From: Amphiscolops sp. MND2022
Taxonomy: Eukaryota
Direction of reading: 5' to 3'
Length of the DNA stretch: 64,000 nt
NCBI GenBank assembly: GCA_964187785.1
Contig: OZ076416.1
Location: forward strand, 29,140,001-29,204,000
Numbering within the stretch: the first letter of the stretch is position 1; every line of letters begins with the position of its first letter. Below, piece by piece: positions 50,840-62,785 of this stretch. The position numbers and the translations under genes are program-made. The notes under the pieces were generated by a model. That model worked only from the letters and a program-made list of their open reading frames with translations, ran no database searches and had not been told where the DNA came from.

Positions 50840-53191
50840 CTGTTGAATAAAAAGTACTTCAGACTGTAAATCTAAAAATTCTAAAAGACTCTTTAGAATT
50901 TAGAATTCAAGATATTGAGATTGGAAATGAGTGTGACTTGGCTTTAAACGTTATTCCCGCTCGCCCTTCCACAGCTACATGTAGTATGAGAAAAAAGAAA
51001 ACGAAAAGAAAAGATTTTCGTATAAAGTGAATATAAAAATTTTAGTTGATGAGGTATCCAAGTGCTGAAAATGACTAGACCAAATAAAAATGGAATATCA
51101 AATGATAAAAGACAGAAATTGGGATTTATTGAAAATTTTGAAAGCTCTCCATTTGATAAATCTTCAAAGAGAGCCTTCGGTGAAATTATATTGAAAATAG
51201 ATGCACGAACGTTGTTGTTTATCATGTTTATCAATAGAAGCAGCTCAAACTTCGATTCTCTGCGGTTATCAAATTTTTATTTAGAAACAATTTAAGCCTC
51301 CCGTGATCTATATTCCACCAATTTCGCTTCATCGACAGTTCCATTGTGAGTAATTAAAATTAGTTCGTGTTCAGGAGTAAACTTTTGGAGTAAATTTATC
51401 CAAATTTTTGCCGGTATCTCCTCACTATTAAAACGTGCCCGTTGCTCGATGCTATGATTCTCATGCGGTTCTTTTGTTTCAGAATTGGGCCTGTACTCAT
51501 AAACATCGATTTTCGACCACTTGAACGTTTGTTTTCATTTCAATCTAACTTTTAAAACCAGTCAACTGTGGCATAATTGAAACTGACATTTTTGAAGATA
51601 ATGCTTCTTCTATCGGGTATCTTAGAAACAAAAGCATTCACGAAGAACTGTCATTCCTGACTTTTTGTGCTTTGAATTCGATGGGAAAATCGATGATGGA
51701 AAATAGCACGGGTGGGGGTGGTTGAAATAAGTCAGTTGATAGAGCAATGTTTCAAAACCAAAATGGTTTTTAGGGTATTCTCAACTTGATCTCTCAGCTC
51801 ATTGAACGATGAGTACAAAGTCTTTTATAATTTTTAAAATTCATGTTTCTCAATGCTGGTAAGTGAAGCATTTTCTGATTTTTGTCAGCTGCCAATCAAC
51901 TCATGGTTGGATGATTTTTGAGTGGAGTTGAGCGACCGAAAAGTGGTTGACACAAAGATTGGAATCCACGGTGCTAAGAAATGGCGGCAGGTCTTTAGTT
52001 CGGAAGTTAGAGACCCAATGTTGAAGATAACAAGACAGGAAGTTCGGTTTCTAACCTTTAACTTTTCCAAACTTTACAAATACATAAGGTTTGAAACCTA
52101 TTTAAAACCATCAGTAATTAGTACGGTACTCATTTTCCACTGTCACCCATTTATGCTAGGCAATTGTTTACTGAAACTGAACTGAAACTTTTCTGAAAAC
52201 AGAAAATTTTGGAAAAATTGTTGAAGTAGAGCGTGACTATAGACTTAGACTGTTTTAATTAATTAGTCTCATTTTTTGCTACCATATTACCTGTCAACTT
52301 AGAGCAGAAGAAACACGGGAAACAAGACACGATACTGTTTAGTTTTATTTATGCTTTCCTTTTTATACGAAGTATTAGCATACAACATGGCACAGTTATA
52401 ATAACCACAGAGGTTATACCAGATTACGATAATTTTTGTTTTGAAGTCGAATCAAATTACAGTTATAAAACCTAGTTTTTTGACAAATCCAGACTTTTTT
52501 ATTTCTCTTTACCAATATCTCAACTCTAAAACCTGCAGTCAAGAAAAAAACTTTCGGGATGAATGCCGAAGCCGTTACGGTATCCCTTAACTTTCGTAAT
52601 TTACAATTCTTCTGAAAATGTCTTTTTAAAAATGAAAAACCAAAAACATTATGCAGTGTATTTTTCCAACCATTTCCAGAAACAATGGTAGTTTCCAAAG
52701 ATGAATAACAGAGTCAATGGTACCAAATTTGCCCCAGGCGTTATTTGATACAACTTGTTGTTCGTGAGATTTTGCACGATAGTTTCCGAAAAATGCCAAA
52801 GTTCCAAATATGCTAAATGATATACGATTTTATGCAACTTTTTTTATTTCAAAACCAAAAGATACCATGCTAATTCTGATGGAAATGTAGGCGAATTTTT
52901 CTTCTGACAATGTTCTTTACAATGAATATATGAAAACTTATTAGGCTTCAAATGTATCCTCTGGAGAAATCGTGGGTCTCTAGTCTTTTCGTTTTCTAGT
53001 GAATATGATTTCTAGCTGATCATAATAAAATCAGAAGAATAAGTGAGTATCAGCTCTTTAATGCCATACTTTGCTCTGAGTTTTATTAACATGGTCCAGA
53101 AACCCTAGTTTTCACCTACCGCGGAACATTTTCACCCCACCCCCGATCCTAGAATCCTCATTCGTATGTCTGGGAAGCATTCCTTCCTTAC

Positions 53192-53407
53192 CTGTTGAGA
53201 TTGTTCTGTATCGACTTGATCAACTTCGCACACCCCCCTCTCTCCGCAACATCTACAGCCACCTCGTCCGGCTGATCGTGCATGAGGTGCCCCAGAGCAA
53301 AGGTGATCTCGGCGCCCACAGCGTGACCGTCGTATTCGTCCAAAAGCTCCATAAGCATTTTTATAACCCCAAACTTCACGCATGCGTCCTTGACCTCCCG
53401 GTTTAAT
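53192..53407 (-). CDS. ARM-repeat gene exon
   Basis: (R)LNREVKDACVKFGVIKMLMELL...EITFALGHLMH...RGGCAKLIKSI. Strong pyrimidine acceptor CCCTTTCCTCCCCATTAG and canonical donor CAG|GTAAGG. Confidence 0.85.
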
Positions 53408-53928
53408 CTAATGGGGAGGAAAGGGCAAAGGAATGACCCTCTTATATGAAATGTTCAATTTTAGTGAAGTTCTAGATGTTTAGGGTCAATGAAAATCAGT
53501 AGATCAATTCAGATAGATCAATTTACTGAAGGATGAAAAGAACTCCAAGCCAAAGAGAGGAGCAAATCTCATATTTAAATGTGTCATCGCTCATATAACT
53601 TTATTGGATTATTAGAATCAACAGGTTTCGTATAAATGACCAGAATGATCAACGCTGAATGAATGCAACGTTGATCATTGTGATCATTTATTTCAAGACT
53701 GTTGGTTCTAATAGTCTTGGACGTGTCAAACTATGTTTTCTAAAAGATCAAAGAAAAACTCGAAATCTTGTCATATGAACAATTCTATTTGGGTTTGGGT
53801 TTTTGATACCCAAAGAGAAGCAATGTCATCAAAACCCCATGGCTGACCCCGCATTCTCAAGTTTACATCAAAGAATGCCAAAAAATTTTTGATGTACTTA
53901 TTTTTAATATTTCAAAACTTAGACATTC

Positions 53929-54124
53929 CTTATAAGCGCCCCTAAAGCCACAATGCAACTTCGTTTGGTCTCGGTCTGGTATTTCTCCTTGTAGATGCGT
54001 TTCATGATGATTCCCAAACCTCCGCACTCGTAGCATTTCTGTTTGCCTTCCTCGGAAAATTCGACCACATTTTCAAGCACAGCAGCCGCCCAATGGCGTT
54101 CGTTCTCATTCGCGTTAGAATTCA
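53929..54124 (-). CDS. ARM-repeat gene exon
   Basis: ERHWAAAVLENVVEFSEEGKQKCYECGGLGIIMKRI...RSCIVALGALI. The phase-2 donor AAG|GAATGT (GA) is needed to join 53407. Confidence 0.8.
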
Positions 54125-54728
54125 CTGATCCAAATGTGCATGTGAAAAAATGGGAAACATTCCGGCGAAAAGTCTTTTTTTTATTAAAAAAACGAATTAC
54201 GTGGGGGGGTCTGTTCACAAATTTTAGGCACAAGAGCCCAGTCTCCTCTTTGTGACCCAAAAGCTACAATTTAGCATGTTTTTTAATACAGTTTTCTATT
54301 GAAGGAGCCTTGCTGATTCTTATAAATGGATTTTTAGGAAGGTTAAAAAGTTTTATTAGCCAGGTTAGTTTGTTTTGAGCGAAATAAAAAACCTGCGTAG
54401 TTTCACGTGATACAGGTGAGAATTGATAATTTAGATTCGTCCAAAGTTTTTTTCGAAAAAAATTGTTTCGATAGAGCTTTGAAATAACCGTCTTTCAAAT
54501 CTTTCAATTGCTTCCATCTTTCATTCGAAGTATCATTCAATCGACTGAAGAACCTTTTTAGACTGACAAGGTCTGTTATAGATATCAGTTTTTCATCTAA
54601 ACACTCAGTACGTATTGATTATCCAATGAAAATTGTTTTTTCCTTTTTTTAAACATATCTCTTTTCACATGCCTGGCTTCAATAGAATTTTTTTGATGAT
54701 GTCAGCATTGGCTAGGTCCGTACAGAAC

Positions 54729-54836
54729 TCGTAATTGTGTCGACTGCGGTAAAACACTTCTCGAAGCTGATTGGCTCTTGTCTTAGAGCCAGTCTGAGTT
54801 TGTTCCAACCGCTCAATAGCAGCTTCTGCGCTGGGT
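54729..54836 (-). CDS. Probable ARM-gene exon
   Basis: Acceptor TTTTTTTCAG, open helical peptide PAQKLLLSGWNKLRLALRQ. The phase-1 donor CGA|GTTCTG is weak. Confidence 0.5.
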
Positions 54837-54963
54837 CTGAAAAAAATATGACATAAAAAGAATTTGCCACTGCTTTTGTGTCCTCGCTATACCTTTGATA
54901 ACGAGTTGCGATGTATATAGGTTTTTTGTTGATTATAAACAATACGTTTCATTCAAAACGCTC

Positions 54964-55158
54964 CTTTCAAAGGGGCGTTTTGAGTGAAACATGTTGAAAC
55001 ACTCTTGGTGAATTTCTTGACAGTATCAGGTTTGGTAGCCCGATGGCTAGTTCCATCAGTTCGTGTGGCAGTAAATTGGGCATCGACGTTTTGTTTGTAT
55101 CTGAGGTTTTGGAGGACAAAAGGTGGAGTGTTCAATCCATCTGAATCCTTTTCATTCT
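54964..55158 (-). CDS. Possible upstream ARM-gene exon
   Basis: Open low-complexity peptide. The phase-1 join AAG|GAGCGT to 54836 gives ...APLKDPAQK. The 5' boundary is uncertain. Confidence 0.35.
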
Positions 55159-56899
55159 CTGGTGAAAACTTGTTGTAGAAATCAATTTGTCATAATCGTA
55201 CTTTCTATAATTACCTTTAAGCACTTATTAACAAGTTCACTAAATACAGCTGGTAATCATTCATATTATACTAGAAGGAACAAAAAGGGACTGTTATTTA
55301 TTCCCTACAGTCGGACTGTCACTGAATCGAAATCGGTTAAAAATAGATTACGGCAAGCATACAACTGGCTAAAAGTCAGGGATTTGATTCCCAAAGATAT
55401 CAAGCGTTTGAGTAACTCGCAAATTTCTTTACAACTCAAAAAAATTCGGAACTTTATATCATAGGTAGTAATGTTAGCATATCGATCTTCGATACACGTT
55501 CATGACTGTACCATACATTTGCCTATTCAACTGAGTGATAACATTGAAGAATTACTTTGAACTTTCATCTTGCAATCTTTCAGCTTTTTTGATGTGGGGC
55601 AGAAACTTGAAGAGCAGCTTACGCTCATTTTCTGTCCTTATTGGATGTAATCCTTATAAGTTTATTGAACTGCTGTTAACTTATGTTATTGTATATCCTC
55701 TCAAATAAATTTTCCTTCCTTTCCTTACAAAGCTATGAACCACGCTGGTAAACGTTTTCAGCCCGAACAATATCTAAGTGCTTACCCAGTGTATCGAAGG
55801 TTTTAATGTAAAAATGTATTCCTCAAATCTTGGAGAAACTATGCAGAGGTCGGATGTAAAGACATGATCACTAAGGAGCCTAACTGAATAACAAGTCAAA
55901 GACAGCTCGAAGTCGGCGGAAACGAAAAAACAAAATCTTCATTTTGGCTGCCCTATCCGCTTCATCGCATTCGTAACTGTCTTTCAAAACGAAAAACAAA
56001 AGTGACAGTAATCGTGTAGCGATTTCAATTCACTGACAGGAGAGACTAAAACTTACTGTTGTCTTTTTTGGCTTAAAAATAAGCTTTGAACATTAGAGCA
56101 CCAAAAAACAAGTGGTGGATTTGCTCCGAGGGATGAACAGAGTGATCGACATTTTAGGTAGCCACAAGTTGCCGTGAGGTTGCCATTGCGAGCGTGGAGA
56201 AGTCTGAAGGGATGGTATGGAGTACCATCTACAAATACACCCATTTTGCCCATTTGTCGGATTTATGTCTCGTAGGAGGGATTGCTTCTCATGGATGTTC
56301 CCCGATCCTAGTCTGTAACTGCCAACGAACAGTTTGCCTCACCAGAACAACAGTTCTGATAGCGTTTGAGAAAAATGATTCAATTCCTTGCAAAATATCA
56401 ATTATACAAAAGTAACAAATTATTTTAACAACAAGCTCACAAGCAGAACAATAGCGGCCTACAGTGCAATCAGAAGAAATGCGCTGCATCTGAAGTCGCG
56501 CAGCTTGCAAAATGGGGCCCCAGGTTCCGCAAAATTGTCTTGGTTGTTCAGGATTTACATGAAGTAGCTTAATGCTATTACACATCAACAATATGCTGTT
56601 ATTGTAGTGATTAATTAGTGATTAGGTTGATTAGCTATTCCCAATTGCGCCTATTCATGTCCTGTTTTCAAGTATTTAAAGAGAAGTTAATTTCCCCATT
56701 ACCGCGGGGTGGACGCCGAATAAGCAGTTCTGCTTTTCTAAGTCGGCGCCCTTTCGGATACTATCTCCCCATAGCAAGCTTTGGTACCATATTTGCAGCC
56801 AAGTGGTCAAGCAATGGTGGGCTTGAAGCTGTGGTTTCAAAGTGACTTGCTCAAGGTCACAAAGGTCTGACTGCTCACCGTTGCTCTTTTTGTTTTGCT

Positions 56900-57056
56900 T
56901 TTCTCCGCCAAATGCGTTATTTTTTGTCATTGACCATACCACTAAGCTAGGGATGAAGGACTTGCTTAAGGACCAACAATGGTGAGTTGAGAGAGATTCG
57001 AACCTGATACCGCCCCAGTACAGGCCGAATGCTCTAACCACTACGCCATGGTCCCC
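56900..57056 (-). mobile_element. tRNA-derived SINE
   Basis: A box TGGCGTAGTGG and B box GGTTCGAATC, followed by GTCCTTAAGCAAGTCCTT, which resembles the conserved SINE central motif GTCCTTGRGCAAG. No complete cloverleaf or CCA end. Confidence 0.75.
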
Positions 57057-57629
57057 CGATCTCTCGTTTTTCCTAAAGCACCTGTTTTGTTAAGTGCGTG
57101 AAGTCCAAAAAGAGCCAATATATGCTATACAACATTTTGATAAATTCAGAATCATCATCCATTAGTGGGTAATTTTACATTACTCCCCTGCCTCTGTATG
57201 ACGTCCTCGTCATGCTCCGAGAAGCTAGGCGAATTGAATACATCCGTATTATTGAAGCGTCCTTGCATTTTTGAATTTCTCCGGTGGAACCAGCAAGGTT
57301 CGTAGCGCTCTGTCTTGGTCATCGCCTCTTCTTTTTCGTGCCAATGTCAAAGATGCGATTCATAGCGCTCTTTAAAAGGTTTTTGGTTAAAAAATCCTCA
57401 GTAAAAAAGCACTGTGTAGAAAAAAAACAATTGGATTTTAGAACTTTTCCATTTTAGGAGACCTTGGGCAGCACGCTCTGATGTGCAGCTCCACGCCTGG
57501 TATATTGAAATTGCATTAGTTAGTTTTGTAATCGAGACAATGAGAAAGGAACAAGACGCCCGCTAAGCACCGGGATATTTTCCGCCCTGTTCGCCTTCAC
57601 CAACTGAGCCATAGCTATTTTGGGAGAGA

Positions 57630-57832
57630 AGAATAGGATCTGAAGAATAAGATCTAAAAGTTAGTGATTTTAGATCTTATTCCTTTTAGATCTTATTCCC
57701 GCCCTGAAATTTTAGACCTTATTCCCTTTAGATCTTATTCCCTTTTTTGACTTTAGATATTATTCCCGCTGTATGCTATTTTAGTTACTTGACTATTTTA
57801 GTAACTAGTAGCTATATAAAATAGTCAAGTAA
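57630..57832. repeat. TTTAGATCTTATTCC tandem and inverted repeats plus a perfect 16-bp palindrome
   Basis: About five direct and two inverted copies of the 15-mer. TTACTTGACTATTTTA (57785-57800) pairs with TAAAATAGTCAAGTAA (57817-57832). Confidence 0.8.
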
Positions 57833-58322
57833 TCAAAATGTGGAGGTCGTGGGGATTTGGCAAAATTTGGAAAAAAGGCGTCACAGATCACGTTTTTCCT
57901 CCCCCATTTTAAAATGTGTGGTCGGAAAATAACAAAGAATGCTTTTGACAATTAGCACCAAAGTACGAACGGCAAAGACAGCTTAGCAGCTCCTCACTGC
58001 AGGAGCATGGAGGCTGTAGCACTCGACGATTCAATGTGTTGCATTGAAGCTTTGAGGAAAACCATTGTTAGAATTTTTGAGAATAACTTAGCCCAAAGCA
58101 TCTGCAGTCATTCGACAAACAAAATTTGAACAAAAGACTTTTCTCGGACAGTGCCGACAAAATACATTGTGCACAAGAACACTGTTTTGTCAGAATTTGA
58201 GCTTGTGAGAGTTGTGAACTCGTGAAAGACCCTTCTTTTCGAAATGGCATTAGAAGGACAGTTGAGCTACGTTAAACATCAATGAGCTCGTGCTGACAGT
58301 CACGTCCGTCAAGCTCGTAAAG

Positions 58323-58786
58323 TTACGTAACGGCAAGCTGTTATCCGTCGCTTAACGCGTCAACAGAGGTGGAGGAACCTGAGGAAATGGGTGAGTCGCT
58401 CGGGACAGGCGCCCATCGCCACACATCAATTTTACCTCCGGGGGTGAAATACCTCTCGGGGCCATTGGTGGTTCGACGAATACTGACCAACCGGCCCTAG
58501 TCTTTGATTGCTAATAAAAAGGGCATCTTTCTGACTCTCTAAAGACCACCGCTTAACTAGCTCATAAAAACAATGCCAAGAATAAGGTATATTTCCAGTT
58601 CTAAAAAAAGGTCTAAAATTCGGAATAGTATTTAAAGTAGCGCTCGAGCTAGCTAAAACCAGTGAAAATACATCAAAGCACGCATGAATATGGCAAACCA
58701 CACAACTACAAGTTGGGGCGCAGGGGCTCCAAGTACCAAACAAGGATTGTTAAACGAAAAGACTCATTTTAACGGTTTTCGCTACA
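58323..58786 (-). mobile_element. Solo LTR related to the 4297-4748 LTR
   Basis: Flanked by TAAAG on both sides (58318-58322 and 58787-58791). Colinear conserved blocks with 4297-4748. The left terminus is TT instead of TG. Confidence 0.7.
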
Positions 58787-60112
58787 TAAAGGGTAGCATA
58801 ATGCTGAAAATCGATAAAAACCGGGGTTGGCACCTTAAAAAGAGTCTTTATACGAGTTTTCACAGTCTGTATGTGAAACAGGCTCTCAGGCCATGTCGTT
58901 CGCTGTGTTCTCGCTCGGTCCTTGTTTTGTATTAAAAATGGCGAAAACAGCGAAAAGAGCAATCACATGCTCAGTGTCACGTCACACATCGAATTAGAAT
59001 TTTTGACAAAATTTCTGAACATGTCAAAATTTCAAAATCGGCTGTACCAGAGGGTGCCGTTATATTAGTTTGTAACGTCCTTGAGTGGCGCTAGATTCTT
59101 TTGAGGTCTAGAAACGAAATCATGCAGAATACTTCAACGTAGTCCGATTATCAAGGACTGATAGGTCTGACAGATCCGACATTTATTAGATAGATCAAAA
59201 AAGGTAAAAAAAATTCCTCTTTTGGTTTCTTTCTCTCCTTTTTGCTTCCTAAAAAGAAATTACACCAGGTCAAGGTCTCGCTCGGACCTGGATCAACGAA
59301 ATGAACAAAAAATTAAAAAATCATTTGCTGTTTTGTCTTTCACAGATGTCATGGAGGTATAGGTGTTTTCTTTTCTCGTCTTTGGATATGTTTTTAGGTA
59401 CCTGATTGGCTGCAAAGACATGCAGAAAAACCTCAAAAATTTTAGTTGATCACCAAAGCTGGTTGACGTTTCAACTAATGAATGTATTTTTCGCCTGTAG
59501 ACAGTCCATATTCGAGGGTCAAATGCATGTTTATACGCATTATATGAACTTTAACAAGCTGGAAACCGCAGGGATCGGTGTTCCTTGCTCAAAGTTGAAA
59601 ATACGAGATTGTTTCACGTCGCTTAGAAAGTGTTCCTGAAAAATGTCTGTAGTTCTCATTGCCAAGAAATGTTCGACAGAGAACGTGTTTAGCGGTAAAA
59701 GTCTTTTTCTTTCTTTGAAAAAGTAAAAACAACCAAGGCGAGAGCCTTGATAAGGTGTGGAAAACTTTCTATAAAAAGTCGCACAGTGGCCCCAAAAAGT
59801 TTTTTTCCAATCTATAAATACAAAAAAATTAAAGGAGCGAACGTTTTGTGAAATAAAAAACCATTCAACAAAAAATTGCACAGTGTCTAAAAAACTACAT
59901 ACACTTTGGTAACTGGAATGAAATTGACAAATAATGAAATGTTGGATGTTTTGAAATTATTTCAGCTCTTTTTAGATCTTGGGCGTCATGTAAATCTTAT
60001 TATCGCATTTGTCGTATTTGGTAATTTCGAATAAATAGAAAAACAAACCTTCGAAAAGCCACTATAAGAAGCCAACTAAAAGAGGTTTCCATGTCGCATT
60101 GGGCTCAGCAAT

Positions 60113-61122
60113 TGTAACGTCCGGCTAGCGGCGCACATCTAGGAAGAGGGACAATGCCTAGGATGCTTAAACAGGAGACCGTTGTCTTACTACATACCTA
60201 GACACTAGTTTTTGATCCCAAAATGGTCTCCATGGGGGACTTTTCTAACGTCTAAGGAGACTCCTCTAATTAGAGCTCCGAGGCGACGTGCCGGCACTCT
60301 CAAAGTCCGGACACGCCCCACAAGCCTGTAAAAACGTATCCTAAGGTTTTAGCGCGTTCCTGCTATCTCCTACATACTTCCGAGGTCCAAAAAGGTGTTT
60401 ATCCGAAAAATGTCATTTCGACAGTTATGGGCATGAAATGCCGACCTAGAAGGTCAGGCACGGGAAAAATAACAAAATGCATTAATATAAATTAACAAAA
60501 TAAAGGGGGATAAGCCCCGAGTGGAAATAGAGTTACTGTTTGCAGGTTCTCGGGGATCCAGTCATGTAGTTCTGGAATGGCTCTGCTTTCCCAGGGAGGA
60601 CATAGCACCGGGTAGCGTTCTTTGAATTCTATCCCATGGATCTTCATGTCGTCAGTCGTCTATTTCTTTTTCTTCTTCTGTCGTTCTTCTCGTTCTCGCG
60701 TTCTCTCTTTCATTTTATGGGCTTTTAGGACCTGCCAGGTCGGCCATTTTGATTCGCACCTTTTTTGGTTCTTGATCGAATTTTTCAACGAAAACTTGGT
60801 ATTGACTGGTGGACGTTACATCCTCCCCGGGCCGTAGTTTGTCGTCCTCGGCAAACGAGAGGATGCTCGCACCCAAAGGGTACTCTGAGGTCCACAGAAA
60901 AGGTCTTATATCAAAGCTATGTTGATTTCACATTATTATTCTTTTCGCCTTACTACTGCATGTCTAGCGCCTTAAAGCCATCGAATTCAAAAAGCACTGA
61001 TTTTTAAGTTAAAAACTATACAGTCGGATTTTTTCTTTAAAAAGGTTTTTTCACTAACTACTCAGTTCAAGTTAAAATTTCTTTTTCTAAAATAGGGCCC
61101 CTGCGCGGCCAGGTGAGTAACA
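60113..61122. mobile_element. Candidate ~1-kb LTR (TGTAAC...GTAACA)
   Basis: LTR-like termini and a GC-richer non-coding body next to the orphan ORF. No exact TSD, PPT or partner copy in the window. Confidence 0.3.
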
Positions 61123-61405
61123 ACAACTTTTGGGCTTGGTAGAAGTTTCCAATTCAAATCAAAACGGGAGGGCACCGAACCGGGACCCACCCAGAGGATG
61201 TAACTATATTGCATTGTTACAATGGTAGCAAAGTATAATATACATCAAACAAAACTCAGGAATTAAGGTTTATTGCACTGAAAGTTTTCAGCACCAGTAA
61301 GATGGTGTAACACAACTAAAATCAAGAATTGGCATTAGTACATTGATGATAGGGTCCTTTATGCTCAATTGTGTTCTAACAGTCTTGAGGGTCCAGAGGA
61401 CTCCT

Positions 61406-62785
61406 TTATTCCAGCAGTTGATCCTGTGGGGCTTCTTGGACTGAGGTGTTGCCCATGGCATCCACCGTATTCTGATACTCTTCGTCTATGGTCAGCAGAT
61501 TATTGAGCTCTGACTCTATGTCCGCTGCTTCCAAGTTCGAGATATTGGTTTCCACTTCGTCTCTTACAGGAGTAGTGGCGTCAGAGAACGTGAAGTTATT
61601 ATCAATCATAGGTTCCTCTGATGGTGGCATGACGCCTGGCACATCATCTTGTGCCCCTTCCACCAATATTTCATTGGAGTCTTGACTCATGTGGGGCGTG
61701 GGAAAGACGGTGCGAGAGCTGCCAGAGGCAGCTTCGCTCAAATCGCTAATTCCTGGGATAGCTTCGACTGATTCCAAGTTCGGCAGACCGTCCGCTAATT
61801 CTTGATGGCCATATTGGATGAACAGCTGCCTGAACGTTCGTATTCCCCTAGCGTATTCTTCGCCCACGGCTCGAGTACGTTCTCGCTGGAGACCATGCAG
61901 ACGCACGAATATCTCTAGTGCCATACGCGGGTTGCTGGGAACGTCAGTGTTCACGGGCAAATCTTTCTTGCTTGGTTCTTTTGCTACTGTCGGAATAGTT
62001 GTCGGCAGCTGTTGGAAGGTCTGGTGTATAGCGAGGTCCACGAGCTCTGGCTGGGCCCAACATGTAATAGTATTCAAGATTCTGGCGGTATGCTCACGGG
62101 GTTCTGTTCTTGTACAATATATTCTGGCAGTGTCACACGCATAGGGATACAATAACCTAGTAGGTTCTTCTCCTTTTCGACGACCACCCAATCTTTGGAT
62201 AATTGTTCTCAAGATACGCAGGACAACTGGCACGTCCCACCCTTCAAATGTCGCCACTGCTCCATTATTTGGATCAATGGGGGTGTGCAGCCAAACTACC
62301 GGATGGATTTCCATTGGCAAAGGGAGCGAGCTACGTGCTCTCGCCTTGATCAAGGTGAGATAGTTGTGTTCCACTTGTTGGCGGTCTTTGATTACGGTAT
62401 ACGCCATGGGAGGTCGCAAGTTGGCAAAGCTGTGTATCACTGATTGATAGGTGGGACCCTGAAGGGGCCCATCAGAGGTCACGAAATGTAGAATCGAGAG
62501 GGATGGGCTCACCGCTGCCACTCGCAGGGCTTGCGTTGGATAGCGCAGGGCCATAACTGCGCCGAAGATAGGCCAGACTACCGGAGCAATGAGGGGTATT
62601 AGGTCCTCTGTTTCCACGAGCATCAATGTTGCAACTTGTGTAGGGAACAGGAACCCAGGAAGTTGATTGGGGTCTCGGTTAATAGCTGGGCACTCATCCA
62701 GAGGATGCATAACGCCCGAGACATTGACCCAGGTGGAATAAATCCACACTAGAAGTGCTTGAATGTTTAAGTCCAGCTGCGTCTT
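61406..62785 (-). CDS. Orphan >=447-aa ORF, 5'-truncated by a duplication junction; probably a mobile-element accessory gene
   Basis: Long intact ORF with ~50% GC in an AT-rich context. The frame stays open upstream of 62749 up to the junction near 62790. No recognised domain. Confidence 0.6.
   Translation of the reverse strand, partial: KTQLDLNIQALLVWIYSTWVNVSGVMHPLDECPAINRDPNQLPGFLFPTQVATLMLVETEDLIPLIAPVVWPIFGAVMALRYPTQALRVAAVSPSLSILHFVTSDGPLQGPTYQSVIHSFANLRPPMAYTVIKDRQQVEHNYLTLIKARARSSLPLPMEIHPVVWLHTPIDPNNGAVATFEGWDVPVVLRILRTIIQRLGGRRKGEEPTRLLYPYACDTARIYCTRTEPREHTARILNTITCWAQPELVDLAIHQTFQQLPTTIPTVAKEPSKKDLPVNTDVPSNPRMALEIFVRLHGLQRERTRAVGEEYARGIRTFRQLFIQYGHQELADGLPNLESVEAIPGISDLSEAASGSSRTVFPTPHMSQDSNEILVEGAQDDVPGVMPPSEEPMIDNNFTFSDATTPVRDEVETNISNLEAADIESELNNLLTIDEEYQNTVDAMGNTSVQEAPQDQLLE

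Noticed and set aside
56053-56253. First coding exon of the ARM gene (GTAAGT donor at ~56055)
   Set aside because: Its open frame ends in phase 2 and I found no phase-compatible acceptor on the 55158 exon; it could be UTR or need an unseen exon.
56960-57056. tRNA gene
   Set aside because: Has A and B boxes, but the acceptor and anticodon arms do not pair properly and it continues into a SINE-type body.
57555-57615. Pol III A box TGGCTCAGTTGG (minus) and B-box-like GGTTCGAGCCC near 6540
   Set aside because: Each lacks its partner box at the right spacing.
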